Below, piece by piece: positions 60,900 to 64,000 of a DNA stretch of 64,000 nt (the stretch's first letter is position 1; the number at the start of each line of letters is the position of its first letter). Source of the DNA: Entomortierella parvispora E1425 (taxonomy: Eukaryota > Fungi > Mortierellomycota); assembly GCA_020891255.1 (NCBI GenBank), contig BQFW01000002.1, positions 3,224,001 through 3,288,000 of the forward strand, given 5' to 3'. The position numbers were made by a program, and so were the translations under genes. Under the pieces are notes generated by a model. That model was not told the origin of the DNA. It did no database searches and worked only from the letters and a program-made list of their open reading frames with translations.

Positions 60900-62889
60900 A
60901 TGATTCCAAAGACAGAGCCTGGTCTCGCCCGGCCCAATCTCAACATGAATGGATCCGCTGACAATCCCGCGGACAATCAGTCCGTCTTTGGTCGCGGTCC
61001 GGCCGCCCTTGCTGTCCACCCAGCTGCTGCACCACCACAATCCTCATGGGCTACTGGTTTTACGGCAGAGGAAAAACAGAGACTAGAGTCAGAACTGCCA
61101 AAGTACCTAGCCCCAGAGTTCACGTCGACGCGTTCCGGACCTGGACAATCATCCCTGACTTATATCGAAGGCTGGAGGATCAAGAACCTGGCAAACAAAC
61201 TCTTTGGTTTCGATGGTTGGAGTCACTCCATCACTGACGTTACGGTGGATTTTCTCGATGTTGACCGGGACGGGAAGGTAGCCCTTGGAGTCTCGGTCAT
61301 GGTCCGCGTCACGCTCAAAGATGGAACCTCTCATGAAGTAAGATTTCCGAACAACTCTGCCCCACACCAAGTCTCTGTCTGAAGTACTGTATCTAATACG
61401 CTGTATGCTTTCTCCGCTTAGGACATTGGATACGGATCGAGTGAAAATCAAAGAAGCAAGGCGTCTTCATTTGAAAAGGTAGGATTTTATGCACGATAAA
61501 AGTTATGTTCCACAGACTCGCGTAGAGAGAATGTACTGACCCAAGCAATTTGGATCCACGCCTAGGCTCGAAAGGAAGCGGTCACCGATGCGTTGAAGCG
61601 AGCACTTACATCCTTTGGCAATGTCCTCGGCACTTGCCTCTACGACAAGAACTTTTGCAAGTACCTCAAGAGACAAAAGTTCAATCCGGTAAATGGCGCT
61701 TAGAGACTGAAATGGTGAAATGGTGGCAACCGTCAAATGAAATTTTATTTGGCTGACCTTTTTTTTTGCCACCACAATATTTTGCCACCACACAACAATG
61801 TTTTAGCCAAGTTTTGATGGCGCAGACTTTTATTATTATCCAGATGACCGTCGCAACCAACAACGACAACAGCAGCAGCCTCTAGCGCCACCAGCGCCAC
61901 AGCAACAACAGCCGCCTCTACAGAACTCTAACCTCCAGCGGCAGCCACCATCCGCTCAGTCCAAACAGATACAGCAACACAACGCCTCGTCCGCGTCATC
62001 TGCCCACTCAATTGGACAGATTAGAGGCTCTGCCGGTTTCCAACAGATGCATGCAGTGAATCTTCAGATCAATCCAAGTTCGAGTACTGGCGCCGCCTCC
62101 AACAGCTCTTCTGGCTCAAGCACCGTTGGCAGTGTGCAGGAAACGGCAAATTGCGGTCAACCCCCCAGATTTAGCCGCGTAAAGAGCGAACTGGACGACG
62201 ATATATTTGGTCCAGACTTTGATGATGCAAAGCCGCTTCAACCAGAAAGTCCTCGCATGTCTGACTTTGATGACATGGATATGGGAGACTTGCTGCCTGA
62301 CGACTCTCCAATCAAGCCCAAGACCGAAGCTCTACCCTCTTTCAACACCACCTCTGACAGGCTCCCTACTACTCCGCGGCGCGAAAGGTCATTTTCAAGG
62401 GTGTCAAGCAGCCCCTCTCTTGTGCAGTCTTCACCTACTACCTACAACACGTCACGCGGACTATCAAAGCCAGGTCAACCTCCTTCCACCCACGCCAAGC
62501 CACTTTCGTCTTTTGCAATGATGAGCAATCCTTTTGCGATGCAGAAAGCCGCGACTCCTTCAACAGTGGCTGCTCCAGCCCCTGACTCCTCCTCCAGCAC
62601 TCCTGTGGCTTCATCCTCAAGCGCTCGTACATCGCCGCCAGCTTCAGGGTCAAGTTCTCGCTCCACACCTCCACCCTCAAAGACGTCTCAACCTCACAAC
62701 AATCAATCAACAAAACCGAGCAATAGACCTTCAGCAAATGGTTCAGTCAACCCTTTGCGTGTTAATAGCATGGCAGCCGCTGCACAAAACCAGAAACAAG
62801 GCGCATCGTCAGTGCTGCAGAATCCATATAACTCTGCTAATGGCAATCCTTCAGGAGGACTTAAACGACCTCTTGGTCACGTCGGGTAG
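60900..62889 (+). CDS. RAD52: DNA repair/recombination protein Rad52
   Basis: [46 protein letters not shown]|DIGYG, and [28 protein letters not shown], with a long disordered C-terminus. Confidence 0.95.
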
Positions 62890-63131
62890 GCAATTTACAG
62901 TCGTATATGCTTAGTTGATTTCTGAAGGTTCATACGCTAAAACCTTTTTTTTCTACAATCCCTTTGAACTCTTTAGTATCCTTGATGGTTTGAACAGTAA
63001 CAAAGAGGCCCGTATCGTTTAAAAGCATGGGAGCAAGCCGCTGCATTGTGTCATCTGCGCAAGGAACCGCTGAATAAAGAATTCTTAAGAATGAATGAAC
63101 AGCATGGGGATGTTTATTGGATAAAATGTTC

Positions 63132-64000
63132 TCAGTTGACATTGTTAACGGGAGTCAACAAGGAGCCAGAGGAGAGGTAAAGGTCAATGTTTTCCATTGT
63201 CAAAGCCTCCATCTTTGTGATGGTCTCGATGGTGAATGCACCCAAATGGGGCATCAAAGCCACGTTCATGTTGCTCAAAAGACTTGGGTGAACCTTGGGT
63301 TCGTGCTCAAAGACATCGAGACCGGCACCAGCGATGTGACCAGACTCAAGAGCCTTGACCAAGGCCTCCTCATGCACCACTGGACCTCTGGAGGTGTTGA
63401 GAAAGTATGCGCCTGCCTTCATCTTTGCAAACTCTGCCGCACCGATCAAATGACGGGTCTCGGCCGAGAGAGGAACGTGGATCGAGACCACATCCGAGAC
63501 GGCGAGAAGTTCATCCAAAGTGGAAAGGTATTCGACAGTGTTCAGGAAGGTAGAATGAGCGGCGTCCTCGGAAATGGGACGGCGGTTGTGGTACACGACC
63601 TTCATGCCCAATGACTGTGCGCGTTTGGCAACAGCCTGAATATCCACGTTTTTTTTTTGATGTTGTCGGAACGGAAGAATAGATGCAAAAAGAAAAGAGA
63701 CAGGTGAGCGTTCATGACCATGTTGTGTTTTGTAAGCAAGAAAGAATGGCGTGCAATTCTCTTTCTCTCATGCCTCGAGAGAAAGACGGGCAGGATGTTA
63801 CCTTGCCAATACCTCCCATGCCGACAATACCCAAGATCATGTTGGTGGGATCTCTTCCGATTCTGGGCTTGTTGGGCAAGCCATGGCGCATGTTGTATTC
63901 AACCTCGTACTGGTGACGCATCGTGCTGAGCATCAAGAGGATCGTGGCATCTGCCGTGGCATCGTCCACGACACCGGGGGTGTTGGTGACCCATTGTTTG
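63132..64000 (-). CDS. D-isomer-specific 2-hydroxyacid dehydrogenase (glyoxylate reductase-like); 5' end outside the window
   Basis: NTPGVVDDATAD, LGIVGMGGIGK (GxGxxG), NTSRG, LDVFEHEP and MPHLG. One intron near 63645-63800. Confidence 0.9.

Overview
Intron-rich fungal genomic DNA, most likely from an early-diverging Mucoromycota/Mortierellaceae species (inferred from gene content and intron style, not from a database search). About 18 host genes can be supported: a membrane protein cut by the left window edge, an SDR oxidoreductase, class II eIF4E, a DUF4097-like protein, a LisH/CTLH/CRA protein, a giant NACHT-HEAT NLR-like protein, a membrane DnaJ, USP7/UBP15, an LRR protein, two 8-Cys secreted proteins, the DUR3 urea transporter, SETD9, a ULP2/SENP-like protease, a Tom20-SET/MYND fusion, a Boi-like SH3-SAM-PH-CH scaffold, RAD52, and a 2-hydroxyacid dehydrogenase cut by the right edge. 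Three things stand out. (1) A complete 6,252-bp AcademH-type DNA transposon (6668-12919) with 553-bp TIRs, a perfect 9-bp TSD and convergent RecQ-helicase and DDE-transposase genes, each broken only by single-base indels in A runs. (2) An approximately 2,450-aa NLR-like gene with 34 HEAT repeats of 33 aa, plus three decayed copies of its 3' end. (3) A Tom20 mitochondrial import receptor spliced in frame to a SMYD-type SET/MYND domain with non-canonical catalytic motifs; retaining the junction intron would give a plain Tom20. Exon boundaries were read by eye from GT-AG signals and frame continuity. No CRISPR array, rRNA or tRNA was recognised.
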